DNA of 64,000 bases, taken from the NCBI GenBank assembly GCA_025558095.1, contig JAIVFI010000023.1, positions 372,001 through 436,000 on the forward strand, written 5' to 3'. Shown here in pieces: positions 37,101 through 49,476 of this stretch. Position 1 is the first letter of the stretch. The number at the start of each line of letters is the position of its first letter. The notes under the pieces are model-generated. The model was given only the letters and a program-made list of their open reading frames with translations, made no database searches and was not told the origin of the DNA. The position numbers and the translations under genes were made by a program. This DNA is from Hyaloraphidium curvatum SAG 235-1 (taxonomy: Eukaryota; Fungi; Monoblepharomycota).

Positions 37101-39372
37101 TTGACGGGGTGGGGATGGAAGGCAGAACCGCCATGGGGAGCCTGGAGCTGTCGGCCGCACCTCTGTGCACAGAGCGGGTCACTGCGTGGCCCGACTGACT
37201 GCTGCTACTAAGGGCTTGTTCCAACTCGGCCAAAAGCCAATAGAATGCTCTCAAGCTGATGCTCTGGCGTTCAGGCGAGAGGAAGGGTTCGTACGTCGAC
37301 AGCAACTTGTCGAACGTATTGTCTGCTTCGCCGCCGACGATCAGAGACGCTGCCGAGCCGCTGGCGGGGCTCGACAGGGATCCGTGCACGCCTCCGGAGC
37401 CCGAGAACGTGTTCAGGCCGCTGATCCACGTCGCGCTAGCAACGAGCAGGTTCGAGTTCGCGATCGAATCGTAGTTGAGGAGAGGAAGAACGAGGCCGTC
37501 AATCGCATAATCCCAGTAACGTGATCCGACGTAGACGATGAGCTTAGAAAGGGAGTCCGCGGCACCGATGGTATCGGGCGGAACGATTCCGCGGCCTCGC
37601 GCGGGAAATAGTGTGCGAAACGTCGTGTCCAAGCGTTTGTTGACTGACGTTACCGCGGCATCGGGGCACCGGAAGATGTACAGCCACAGCAAACGCACCC
37701 AACACGAGAGTGCCAGGCGCCGAATCGGCATAGAGCGTTCCTTTAGCTTTGGGACGATTAGGTCGACCAGCGAACCCCAGTGGTTCAGGAAGAACGCTTT
37801 TGGGGCGACGGAGAGCAGAGTTGTGAGCAGCGGGATGGCGACATGGAAGTGGCGGGGCTTCTGCGCCATCTTGAAGGTCCTGGGGTACAGCATGTCCACC
37901 GTTTTGGTCCACGACGGGAAGGTAGCGTCCGCGGAGGCAACCTGCAGATGACGTCGCGTCAGCAGTGCTCTGGACGCCTCATGCTTCGAACAGACCACAG
38001 CAACTGGTTCCAGAAGCTCGATTAGAACCTCTGCAAATGCGTGCTTCGTCCGAGTTGTGTGCGCGTTTTGAAAGCTGACTGCAACGGCTTGCAAGAAGTC
38101 GGCAGTGGCCTCCAACGCATCCATGGGGTATATCTTGTGAGTGCAACGTGTCAGTTCCACGGACAGGAAGGAAGCATTGGCGGTGAGGAGAACCTTGAAG
38201 CGCAGAAACCGCATGCAGCGGGTTACTTGCTCGATCTTCAAATCTCGGGTTGCGCTGATCCGATTGAGCTCAGCGATGAAACGGTCGCCCACAGAGATGA
38301 ACCGGATCAGCGACAGCGGCCCCGTGAGCTCAGCGAACATGTCGATGTTGGCCATGCGACTCGCTGATTTGGCGATTACCTCACTGGCAATCGAATCAGG
38401 CACGGTGCCAATCCCGGGAGAACGCCGGAGAACCCACGGATCCGAGTTTCTGATCTGGGCGAATATCATATCCTCGATCTTGCTCGCCAGGTCTTCGGGT
38501 AAAGAAAGGTCCGGGTCCGCTCCGCGGTAGCCTTGGAGTACTTCGTACATCAGCCGACAGACGAGGAAGTTGGCCATTAGCTGCGCGCATAGAGAGTTAG
38601 CGTGGCGGCTTGCTTTGCCATGCTTGGCTAACGAAGCCCACCGACTTGCGCTCCCGGAGGACTTCTCTGGACCTGAGATCGAGCGTGCCGCCCTTGAAAG
38701 CCGCCTCAAATTGATCCCCTTTGTACTTCCTCCACGCAATCAGAGAGTCGATTAGGGAACGCGGGGCAAACTTGCCGAGCGAACCCAGAGCCAGACACAG
38801 GCGGTCGAAAGACGGTTCGGCGCCCGGCCTGATAGACGACGACAGATCCAATTCGCGATCCTACGTGCGAATGAAGTTCAGGGTGAATGCCGGCGACTCC
38901 GCTGCTTGGGCAGACGAACCAGCGACATGCTGCCTACAGCCCCAATCTTCGTCTCTGCCGCCGCCACAAACTCCGCAAAAAGGTCCTGCAAAGCAATCGA
39001 GGTGGGACTCAGGGGTCCGAACGACGGCTGGGAGAAGCTTCCGGGGCTTGGGTAGGTTGACGATGGCGACGAACCTCTCCCCGGGAAAACCGGCGCCGTC
39101 GGGGGTTTGGCCGCGCCGATATCAATGACATGTGAGACGAATGAGCCCGTGTGTCCTTGGTCCGGTCTAAGGAGTTCCAAAGCCACCTCCGGAGACGACG
39201 ACGCGCGCTCTCGCTGCTCCCGTGGGAGACGCGACCCTTCCTCAAACGATAGTGTACGCGTCTGCGGTGCCGCCGTGGCAGAAAGGGTAGGTCCCGATGG
39301 GCTGGAAGCCGGCGTCCCTATATTGCCCGGCCGTCGCGCCGGGATCACGATAGCGGGAGGTTGGGACTGCAT
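31195..39372 (-). CDS. TAO3: RAM/MOR network scaffold Tao3/Mor2/Furry (cell morphogenesis protein)
   Basis: QDLFAEFVAAAETKI, LIDSLIAWRK, FISVGDRF, RFLRFK|IYPMDALE, ALNWSLLCPVRHAACRSLQVFR and FSGLQPLLLRGL; multi-exon. Confidence 0.92.
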
Positions 39373-39647
39373 CTCGTTCGGGGGCGCTCCTCTCGAAGCT
39401 AATAGGCCCGATGTCCAGGGCTCGACCAGCTGCTAAGCGTAGCTCGATCGACTTCCGAAGCTTGTGATGCTCTCCGCTTCGTACATGCTGCCATCGAGAG
39501 ACGAGTCGCCCGCCACGCGAAGCGACTTTGGGGGATGCTGGCGGCCGCGCGCGCCGCGCCCGCGTTGGCGGGGAGAGAGTGACAAACACCGCCACCCCGA
39601 AGCAAAGAGCCGGAGGATGGATCTCCTGCCGCTGCGACCATTGAAAC

Positions 39648-42156
39648 ATGTCTGATAGGAGCTCTTACTCGGGATCCGCTGGAAACGATTCGCTCGGGAT
39701 GTCGCGCTCCCCGCCGTCGCCTTCCCAACGAGGTGTTTACGCGAGCACGGGACCTTCGGAGAATGCCGACGCGGACAAACTTGGCCCGCCGGCGTCTTCT
39801 TTACATGAGCGGAGGCGGAGCTCCCGGTGGTCCAGCGCGGACGACGGCGCGATGGACCCTCCGGAGAATGTGGACGCGGACAGATTGGCACCGCCGGTCT
39901 CGTCTCCACATGTGCGGAAACGGAGCTTTGGCTCGATCAGCGTGACCAGTGGTGTGGTAGAGCCTGGCGTTCCGACGCCAACAGGAAGCCGGGTCCCGAC
40001 GCCAGTGCCGGAGCTGCTCGTTCCCGCTGCGGATGTTTCCGAAGAGGTCGCTGGACTTCCCGGAGTGCTGGTTTCCTCGTCCGATCCTGGTTTCCTGGGT
40101 TACTTGCGCTCGGCTCTGGGCCATTGCGGAGCAGCCCTGCTTATATGCGTTGGATACTTTGATCCGGGAAACTGGGCCACCGATCTTGCTGTGAGTCGTC
40201 TTCGGACTTCGTTCCGTCGCCGTGGCGCGAAACACTGATGCGCATCTGTGCGCCCCATACAGGCTGGCGCTGCCTTCCGCTACGAGCTGCTGTCTGTGAT
40301 TCTACTTTCGAGCTTCATGGCGATTCTTCTCCAGTCACTCAGTGTAAAGCTGGGCCTCGTGACGGGCAAGGATCTCGCGCAGCACTGTGCGAGCGCGTTC
40401 CCGCTAGTTCCGCGAATCCTGCTATGGTGCCTGGCGGAGTTTGCAATCATTGCTACGGATCTCGCCGAAGTGATCGGTTCTGCAATCGCGTTGAACCTCC
40501 TCTTTGCCCTGCCTCTGCCCTGGGGCATCTGCGTCACCTCCTTGGACACCCTCTTGCTCCTCATCGTCTGGAAGAAGACCACGCAACGCATTTTTGAACT
40601 GGGAATCGCGGTCCTCGTCGTCATTGTTGCATCATGCTTCGTAGCCTTGCTGTCCTTCGCGACACCGCAATGGAACGAGGTGTTCGCGGGCTTTCTGCCA
40701 ACCGGATCGATTTTCACAAACGGCGATAAGCTGTACATCGCTATCGGCATCGTCGGGGCCACGTGAGTTTCGTTACTGATCCACCGGAAGACTTGCATAG
40801 TGACATAGTGATCCTACGTCGCACGTCACACGACGACGGATGCAGGATAATGCCCCACTCCCTATTTCTTCATTCGCACCTCGTGATTCGTCGTACTGCG
40901 ACGAGCCTCTCGAGTTCCATGACACAGATTCGCAAATCGGGTTCCACGCTGTGGTGCTGCCGTCGCAAAGAGCGTCGAACATCCACGACTGAGGATGCCT
41001 TGACGATCGAGGTCCCAACTGCGATTGGCAAGCAGCCGCACGGGGGTCACAAATTCAGCCTCCTGGGGACGCTCCGTCTCTACTACTTTGACACGGGCGG
41101 TGCACTCAGCCTCTCCTTTTGGTAAGTTAGGCGGCATGCCTTCTAGCCGGAGCTTACGGTCCACGCCCCTCGCCCCACAGCATCAACTCGGCGATCCTCA
41201 TTGTTTCCGCCGCGACGTTTGCCAGCAACGGCATCGAGATATCAAGCATCCAGGATGCTTTTTTCTACATGAAGCAAAAGCTGGGCGCGGGTGCGGCGTA
41301 CACCTTTGCCGTCGCCCTGTTGCTCTCGGGACACAGCGCGCTTATTGCGGGTACCATGGCCGGTCAGGTGGTCGCAAATGGATTCCTCGGCCCAGAGTCA
41401 CGGTTGCTTCGTCTTTTGAAGCCTTGGATCCGACGGCTCCTCACACGCATGCTGGCAATCGTACCGGCCATGGCCGCGGCCCTGATCGGGGGTGAGCAGG
41501 CCATCAATAAGCTGCTCGTAGGATCGCAGGTCGCACTCTCCATCCAGCTCCCCTTCTGTGTCTGGCCATTGCTCTTCTTCACTTCGAGTCGGAACGTCAT
41601 GAAAACGTGGTTGGATGCTTCGGGCAAAGTATGGAAGCGGATTCCGCGGGACATGCCGAGCCCGGCGAGTAGCAGATCCACACCGGACGAGGACGACCTG
41701 CTGAAAGACGAATGGGACTCTCATTCACTGTTCCAGTTCGAGTTCACGGCGCGCCAGCGGTCTCCAAACCCGACGCTGGTTGGAGGAACTGATGCCGGTG
41801 GTCAGGATCCAGCTCCGACCTCGGCCGCGGTGTTGACAGGAGACGATCGGACTCTGACGGTGGAGCTTGGAACCGACGGCCGTGCTGGGGATACCTCACC
41901 GTCCGGAGCATCTTCATCCCCTCCTCCTTCTCGGGACAACGAATCTGGAGTCAGCCCAGTGCCCACCCGTCTCGCACAGGAAGAGTTGAAGCGCGAATGG
42001 GACCTGGCCGTTACCGTGCCACCGCAAAACTGGACCGTCGACTACACGTTCGTAAACTCGTGGCCCACCATCATTATTGGATCTCTGGTTGCAGCGATTC
42101 TCAGCGGCCTGAACGTCTGGCTTGTCGTCCAGCTGGGACTGGGTAAAGTGGGCTAG
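39648..42156 (+). CDS. NRAMP-family divalent metal (Mn/Fe) transporter, SMF-like
   Basis: GYFDPGNWATDL, EFAIIATDLAEVIGSAIALNLLF, IVGAT|IMPHSLFLHS, GTMAGQVV and SQVALSIQLPF. Confidence 0.95.
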
Positions 42157-42193
42157 AGTGGCCTCGATTTGATTGCTCGTTCCAAGTAATGTA

Positions 42194-43423
42194 TCAACGA
42201 CTCGGAGGTCGTTCCGGTACATAGTCGGAGCTTGCAGGAGACTCGTTCCCGCGCGATCCATGGTCCTCGTCGCCGGCTATCCGTCGGCCATCGTGATCCC
42301 TTCCATGCGATCGCGGCCTCGGCTGCGAACTCTGACTCCTATTCATCTTGGAACCGCGGTCCCGATCGCGGTCCCGATCACCCGAGCGCCGGCGCTGGCT
42401 AGAATGTCGATCACCATCGTCGCGGCTCCGCCGGCGAGAACGACTGCGGTCACGTTCTCTAGATCGGTGGCGCTTTTCGCCGACGCGGTCATTGCCCTCC
42501 TCCGTATCTGAAGAACGCCTGCCGCTGCGGTGCTGGCTGTGTCCCTTGCTCTTCCGATCTTTGCTTCTGTCACGATGCTTCCGAGACTTGTGCTTCTTCC
42601 GGCTCGAATACCGGTCCTCTTCAGGTGCTGCATCCAGTCTTCCATGCGTGGCAACGAGCTCCTCAGCATCGAAAACAAAGTCGTGTCCGCTCTCCCTCCC
42701 TTTGCTGCCGCCGGCGTTCGCGGGGTCATCCTTCGGCGCAGCATCCTCTTTGACCTCTCTGTAGCCGGTGTCGCGCAAGATCGTGTCCAGGTACTTTTTG
42801 GCGTTCGGATGGTCCGGGTCCAGCTTCAGGGCTTTCTTCAGGTCCGCCACGCCTTCGGCAAACTTGCCGTGGTTCGCGTGGGCGCAGCCCCGGGCAACGT
42901 AGGCATCGGCGGAATCAGGGCAGATATCGATGGCCTGATTGTAGGCGCGGATCGCCTTTTCAAAGTCCTTTTGCCGGAGGTGCTTGTTCCCCGCCTGGAT
43001 GCTGGTGTTGCCCGTCGGCGGTCACCCAGAGTTGTTGAGGCTTCAGCAGACCCAACTCACGTGTCTCGTGCCCACTGCGTGTTCTGACGTTTGCGGAGAG
43101 ACAGATAGTCTTCCCCGGCTTCGCGTGCCCTGCTGGGTCACGCCAGAGGTCCAGTCGTTGTTGCACGCGGCTCCAGCGTCCGCAGCCTTCTATACTCGCC
43201 TGGCAAATGCCTCTGATCCAACGCAGAGCTGATCCGAGCTGCTGATTTCCCATGCCGCAGTCCACGAGTCAACGGCGTACGGGTTCTCGACGTCAAAGGA
43301 CGACGGGTCCATCGACGGCAACGTCCCCGGTCTGCTGTCCGCGAGCTGCTCCGCCAGATGAGCCCATCGTAACCGGCTCGGCACGTCTTCTCGCGCTCGC
43401 CAAGCGGCGATTTCGGCCTCCAT
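42194..43423 (-). CDS. TPR protein, TTC14-like, with an Arg/Ser-rich C-terminus; start uncertain
   Basis: TPR DAYVARGCAHANHGKFAEGVADLKKALKLDPDHPNAKKYL followed by an RS/RD-rich tail. Confidence 0.7.
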
Positions 43424-43567
43424 CTACAGTTTCTGGCTTCTTTGCTGGGGCGGGCAGCTTCTGAGACGGCTTCGGGAGGCGGCCGGCCGGCGGCGGAGGC
43501 AACGCCGCGGATGGACGAAATCTCTAGTTTTTCTCGTCTCTGCGTACAGCTCGAGGACGATGCGGAT

Positions 43568-44551
43568 CTACTCGTACTGTGATTTGCGCCAGGTAAGCCC
43601 GGTACGCGGAAGCCCGGCGATGCTCCACTCACGATGAGCGAGTCGACGCTGCGCTTGTACTCGGTCACGCCCTCGGGGAACCACTGAAGCATTCGCATGT
43701 GAGCAACAAGAGCACGGATCACGCGTCCAGGCCGACGCACCAGGGCAATCTCCTTCTCCGCGGACTCCACGGAGTCGGAGCCGTGAACGATGTTCTGAAC
43801 AAGAACGGGTCACTCTTAGTCTCATCGACAAGCGAGCAAGACATCCTCCCACCTTGCCAACGTCAATGCAGTAGTCCCCGCGGATCGAGCCGGGGGGAGA
43901 GTCCAGGGGGTTGGTCTGTGACCGTCGGAGGCCCGCGTCAATGACTACCGCGAGCCACTGCGCTGTCAGTGAAACTGACGGTGCCAAGCATGAAGCGGCC
44001 GGTCTTGACGGCGGCCTTGCCCTGCCAAACCATGCCGACAACGGGGCCCGACGACTGCGGTAAGCGGTAGACGGTAAGCACCTCGACCACAGGCACGGCA
44101 GTGCCTTTCCGCACCATGTAGTTGATGAGTTTGGGGAAGAAGGGCTTCGACGACAGGTCGCCGTAGTGCTCCTTCAGCAGGTCCTCGTTCGCCTTCACCA
44201 TCTTGATGGCGAGGAGCTTGTAGCCGCGCTGGAGACCCGCAGAGGGTCAGTGCGCGTCCGTCGACGTGCCACGAAAGTCCAACCTGCTCGAAGCGCTTGA
44301 CAATCTCCCCAACGAGGCCGCGCTCGACACCGTCGGGCTGCGGTCGCAGTGGTCAGCGACGTGCCCCAGTCGGCCACGGAACGGCCTGCCCACCTTGACC
44401 ATGATGTCTGGGGCATCGATTCAATCGAACACGTGCCAAAATCGCGGGAGCCGAGCGGTGGGAGCCGGGATTCGGGCAGTCAGGGTCCGCAAGAAAACGC
44501 GGTGGCGTCCGCCCGGACGACCGTACAGGTGCGCTCGGCGTTCCCGGCCAT
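43568..44551 (-). CDS. NDK1: Nucleoside diphosphate kinase (9 exons)
   Basis: Spliced product [31 protein letters not shown]...SGPVVGMVWQG...[22 protein letters not shown]...WF...IYE. Confidence 0.96.
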
Positions 44552-44931
44552 TTCGACGTAGGGTGCGGCTGTGAAGGCTTGCTGAATGGACGAGATGCGA
44601 GGCTCGGCGCGGTCGATGACCGTTGTTGATGAGAGGTAGAGCACGAGAGAGGTGAGGACGAAAAACAGAGGAACAAGCATCGATGCGTTTCACTCGAGCG
44701 CCACCCCTAGCGCATCCCGTACAATCCCGCCCAGACGATCGAGCTTCTCAATGAGACAACAGAAAAGAACATTGATATGCTGCCATTTGCCTGCTGTCCT
44801 GTCCTTCCATCTTCACGCACTGCCGGAGCAGACGACCGTTGTACTGTCCACTCTGCTGAAGCCAAAGCATTGAAGGAACAGTCAAGAGGGATCCTCGACA
44901 TCCTTGACTTTTCATCTTTGATTGTCTGGCC

Positions 44932-46377
44932 TTGCTGGTCCAATTACGCTCCCAGCTGGGTGCAACGGGCTCGCCGCAGCAGCTTTGCTGGCTGGCTGAC
45001 GACACAGCAGCGCCTCGCCTCCCTCCAACTCGGGCATCGCCAGAGCACAGACGAAGCAGCCGGACGACGTCTAGCGCAGATCCCAATATGCCGCGACCGG
45101 GCACCGGCACCGTGCGCTCCCTGCGGCGTAATGCCACCCGACCCTCGCGGAAGTTTCTCAGGTCCTACGAGGCCATGGTCCAAAAAGCAGCCCTCCTGGG
45201 CGCAGGCGGCGACCTGGACTGCCAGGCGCTCGAAGCGGAAGGCGAAGAGCTCGGCCGTACCGTCGCCGTTTCTCTCGATGACGTGCTAAGCCGACTGGAG
45301 CTTGTCGCCGTCTCGCGGGCGGTCCCCCGTCCAAATACGGACTCGGCGCCCCTCGACAAGGAGCACGGCTCGGATCCCAACCCGACGGACTCGGATCAGA
45401 CTTGCGAGTGGCACTCGGACGGCGAGGGCACTTGCGAATCCCCGGCCAGCGCCCATACGAATTACGATGACGCCACACCGTCTACGCCTGCGGATTGCCC
45501 TCCCTTGCAGGCGGAACTGCAAGACGAACCGGTCCCAATTCCTCTCCCTCGCAGCCTGCCCGCCAACGTCGGTCAGCCCCGGCTTTCGTCCCTGAGCCGC
45601 AAACCCTCCGCGCATGGAAAGGCCAAGGAAACCGACCTGCCACCACGCAATAGCAGCCTGGGCCGGAGAAGGTCGCGCAAGGACTCGGGCATCGCTTCCA
45701 GCACGGCGCAGTCGCCGCCCGGCACCCCCGTGGATGGCGCGATCTCGGTCATCTTGGTACCGCCGAGCCCGGTGATCTCTGTAGCTGCACCCGACGAGCC
45801 CTATGAGTGGTCGGCTCCCGTCGAGATAGCTCGCATGTCCAGAAAGTCTAGCGCGAGATCGAGGGGCGAGAATTCCTCCATCAGCTCCAAGCGAAGCATG
45901 GGATCGCGCAGGAGCCGCGGTAGCGTTCGCGCACGGTCGCTCAGGATCGTCACCATGCCAACGGCCGCACCGACCCTGGAGGTCATCGAAGAGGAAAACA
46001 CGGCGAGCGACGATGCTAGAGGCACATGGCAGAGCCCAATCGGTTCGGCCGAGGAGCTCCAGGTCGCTTCGGCCCCTTTGGTTCTGGTGGTGCCTCCGCG
46101 CACCGTCTCGACCGGCCTCGTGCGTCGGCCCGCCGTTGTTGTGCACCGCACCACGCCGTCGGGCTCGTCGATCGGGCTGCAGGCCGGCTCGATCCCGCAG
46201 CTTCCTGAGGGCACCCTTTGGTACGATATCCCGTCACCGGTTCCAGATCGGGAAAAGTTTTCTTTCGACGACCCAAGAGAGAGAAAGGTCGCGAAGGAGG
46301 TGACCTGGCCCAACTCCGGAAAGGAGCAACGTTCGCTGTTTGCTTTCAAGGTGAACATCAAGCGGCGCCTCTTTTGA
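44932..46377 (+). CDS. Hypothetical, largely disordered Ser/Pro/Arg-rich protein; start uncertain
   Basis: 481-aa ORF in a gene-sized slot followed by an AT-richer 3'UTR-like stretch; no domain recognised. Confidence 0.55.
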   Translation: MLVQLRSQLGATGSPQQLCWLADDTAAPRLPPTRASPEHRRSSRTTSSADPNMPRPGTGTVRSLRRNATRPSRKFLRSYEAMVQKAALLGAGGDLDCQALEAEGEELGRTVAVSLDDVLSRLELVAVSRAVPRPNTDSAPLDKEHGSDPNPTDSDQTCEWHSDGEGTCESPASAHTNYDDATPSTPADCPPLQAELQDEPVPIPLPRSLPANVGQPRLSSLSRKPSAHGKAKETDLPPRNSSLGRRRSRKDSGIASSTAQSPPGTPVDGAISVILVPPSPVISVAAPDEPYEWSAPVEIARMSRKSSARSRGENSSISSKRSMGSRRSRGSVRARSLRIVTMPTAAPTLEVIEEENTASDDARGTWQSPIGSAEELQVASAPLVLVVPPRTVSTGLVRRPAVVVHRTTPSGSSIGLQAGSIPQLPEGTLWYDIPSPVPDREKFSFDDPRERKVAKEVTWPNSGKEQRSLFAFKVNIKRRLF

Positions 46378-46589
46378 AGTCGCCCCCCCTTTTGTTAGGA
46401 ACCCGATGATTGATATCGCTGTGGTGCTGGCTATTGTTGCCAGCTCGTATGTGTACATATTGTGTGGAATGTGTGTAGATTTATGGTGTGATGGAAAGCG
46501 AGGCTTTTGACGACGCAGGATTTTACGACGCAGGACGTCGGGAATCGTGTTTGAAGGGTGAATGACAGAGAACGCTCTAAGTGCACCAG

Positions 46590-48108
46590 TCAGCTAATGG
46601 AGGAATCCGACCCTTTGGTCACCCTGTCCAGGATCGCCTTTGTGAAAGACGTCGTCGACTCGAAGATCGACCGCCCCGTCTTTCCCGCCGGCGTATTGGG
46701 CGGCGCCCCCATGGCCGGCACCGACGCCGCCCTGATCGACGCCACCGACGGGGACGTCGCGCCCCCGACAGCGGAAACGGGCTGCCGCATCCTCCCCGCG
46801 ATCAGCCGGATCCCGTCCAGGAGCCGCGGCCACGTCCTCGCGAACCTGTGCCTGGCCTGCTGCGGCACCGCGGCAGACTGGGCCAGCGCGTCCCTCAGGC
46901 ACGCGAAAAAGCAGTCCGCGTCCGCCGGGGTCCAGCCGACGGCCACGCAGGGTTCCACGATCCGTTCCAGCACGTTGATCGGGAGCTCGCGGAGCTCCTT
47001 GGCCGAGCCCAGGCCGATCCCGATGGAAAGGGCGGATTTGATCATGGCGCGGAAGAAGTTGGGCCCGGATTTGGGGTCCAGCATGGTTGTGCCAGACCGT
47101 TCCAAGACCAGCGCCGCCGGGTACACGGCCGGCGCCGGCGCCGGCGCTGCCCCTTCCGCCACGGAAATCTGGGCGGCGGACGGGCTGGCCGTCAAGGGAG
47201 GCGTGGTCGATGCCGACCCGGCAGGCGGCTTGGCCGGTTGCCCGGCGACTTGCGCCGCAGCCCAGGCGGCCGTCATGGCCGCGCCCACCCTGCCCCTCAG
47301 CTCGTCGAACACGTCACCCTTGAAGGAATTGAAGAGGTTCTTCATTTCCCGGCAGTCCTGCGTGATCACGGGGTCCAGCGCGCCCCACGCGAGGTCCAGG
47401 TTGGAGGACGAGCCCGAGTCGGCGCTCGGCGTCCACAGGCGGGACATGACCGAGGCCACGTACTCGTAGTCCGCGAGCTTCAGGTACTGCAGCTTCTTTT
47501 TGGACGTGTCCAGGCGCAGCTCGTTGATGAAGAGCACGTTTGCGTACTGGCTGCGGGCGGGCACGAGGTTGAGCTCGACCAATTCGACCCCGGGGAGGCC
47601 ACTACCAGGAAACCCACGTCGCCATCTCCTGCGGCATCATGTAGATCCGCGTAATGTGCTCCGCCATGTCCCCGCCCAGGTCCTCGACGCGCCGCGTGAT
47701 GCGCTTGACGTTGTCGAAGGTGCGCCTCCCGGCGTGCGGCGGCAGCCTCGACCGCGCGCAGTAGTCCTCCACGGCCTTTCGCGTGCGGCTGTTGAGCTTC
47801 TTGCCCAGCATCTCGCGCACGATGCCGGGGTCGAAGCGGTAGTACCGCTCGACGAGCACCGCGCGCAGCTCGGGCGGCAGCGGCCACACGCCCTGCTCGC
47901 GCAGCGTCTCGGGCTCCTCGAGGAACGGTTCCAGCGCGTCGAACAGCCGGTAGTTGTCGGTCAGCCACGCGCGCAGGTGGCGGCGCGGCGCCGACGCGTG
48001 CCGCCGTTCGAGCGACTCGGCCGCCGCGTCGACCGGCAGCCCGAACAGCCAGAAGTTGAACGCCCCCATGTCGAGCACGGGCGTCGCGGATACCATGGTG
48101 GAGAACAT
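46590..48108 (-). CDS. FIBP: Acidic FGF intracellular-binding protein (FIBP) family
   Basis: YYRFDPGIVREMLGKKLNSRTRK, RRTFDNVKRI and LFINELRLDTSKKKLQYL; one intron with donor at 47617. Confidence 0.85.
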
Positions 48109-48334
48109 GGCCGTCCCACCGCGACTCAAAACCCGGCGACAATCGCCAAAACCGCAGTTAAGGGCTCGAACTGCTCGTTGGTAGGCGGGGCCCCGTTTTA
48201 GTGACGCGAAAACGATCTGACCCCTCCACTCCTGGACAGCACCAAGCAGCAATAAAGAGAGGCCGCTTGCAAGACAGCGAATAACCGGCAGTAAGTATAA
48301 GCCGCAGACACAGCGATCGCCGCCAGCAGCGACG

Positions 48335-49300
48335 CTAGAATCCCAACCGCATGGCCCGCTCCCTCGCCGCCCGCATCCTCTCCGCCCTCTCCTCCGGCGC
48401 CTCCCGCGACCACGACCCGAAGCACGTCCCGCAAAACAGCTCCCTGCGGAACCCCAGCTCCCGGCAGAAGCGGTTGTCCGCCACCTGCCAGACCACGTGG
48501 ATCGCCGCGAGTCCCAGCACCGCGGCCAGCGCGTCCGCGTACAGCAGGTAGCCTAGCCACGGCTGCGGCGTCGTGGCGGTCGTGACCAGCGCGACCAGGA
48601 AGCACGAGGCCGGGAGGACGAGGTTGCAGGCGACGGCGATGCAGCACGCGGCGGTGAAGGGCCGGTGGGAGGGGAAGAGGGGGGCCGGGTCCCGCGGCGC
48701 TTTGCGGAAGACGGTGTGCAGGACGCCCGCGGTCGGCGTCATCTGGAAGCAGGGAAGGATGACCAGCAGGGCGACGAAGATCTGCACGGAAGGCTGGTTG
48801 GGGTACGAAACGACCGCAGATCTTCCGTTGATGAAGGTCGTGAGAAGCACTATGAGGAAGCTGGCCCAACCGAGCGCGTAGAAGCGTCGTGAGCGCTGTC
48901 GGGCCGCATAGAGGTCCGCGAGGTTCCGGCCCTCGGGCCGCGAAGAAGCGGGCGAGGCCATCGCCCCGACGACGGCCTCCAAGTCGATCTCGACCATGGG
49001 CCGCGACATCCCGGGGAACATCTCCGGAAACTCCTCGACGCCGGGACTGCCCACGCCGGGCTGCCTGCCGACGATGAGTCGCGCCGCCGGCTTCGGGGGT
49101 TCGTAGGGAGGCGGATCTTCCGGGTTGAATTCGTTGGCGAGATGCTCCAGATCCAGAGGGTGCGCCCGGGACGGGCCGGCCGGCGGGGGCTCCGGTGAGC
49201 CTGGTTCACTGGGTCCGGGGGACGTTGCGGCTCCGGAGCCCCCGGTCGCCGCCGAGTACGATGGGGGCTCGGAGCTGCCATGCGGCGCGCTCCCGGCCAT
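48335..49300 (-). CDS. Hypothetical ~4-TM membrane protein with N-terminal PY motifs
   Basis: PPSY and PPPY in the cytosolic N-terminus; four hydrophobic segments. Confidence 0.6.
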   Translation of the reverse strand: MAGSAPHGSSEPPSYSAATGGSGAATSPGPSEPGSPEPPPAGPSRAHPLDLEHLANEFNPEDPPPYEPPKPAARLIVGRQPGVGSPGVEEFPEMFPGMSRPMVEIDLEAVVGAMASPASSRPEGRNLADLYAARQRSRRFYALGWASFLIVLLTTFINGRSAVVSYPNQPSVQIFVALLVILPCFQMTPTAGVLHTVFRKAPRDPAPLFPSHRPFTAACCIAVACNLVLPASCFLVALVTTATTPQPWLGYLLYADALAAVLGLAAIHVVWQVADNRFCRELGFRRELFCGTCFGSWSREAPEERAERMRAARERAMRLGF

Positions 49301-49476
49301 TCCGGAAGCGTCCTCTGTACTATTATATGGGCACAGCACTGTCGGGCATGTGCGCGCGAGAGACGCCACCTGGCCGCCCCCAAGGGCTTTGCCGAGGGAG
49401 GAGAGGCCTACCAGCACTTTCCGGCACCCTCCTGGTACGGGCGGCGCCGCGACACGTCACCGGGTGTTGGCGAAGA

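Noticed and set aside
46505-46535. Two-copy repeat TTTT(G)ACGACGCAGGA
   Set aside because: Only two adjacent copies in a 3' intergenic region with no spacers; not CRISPR-like
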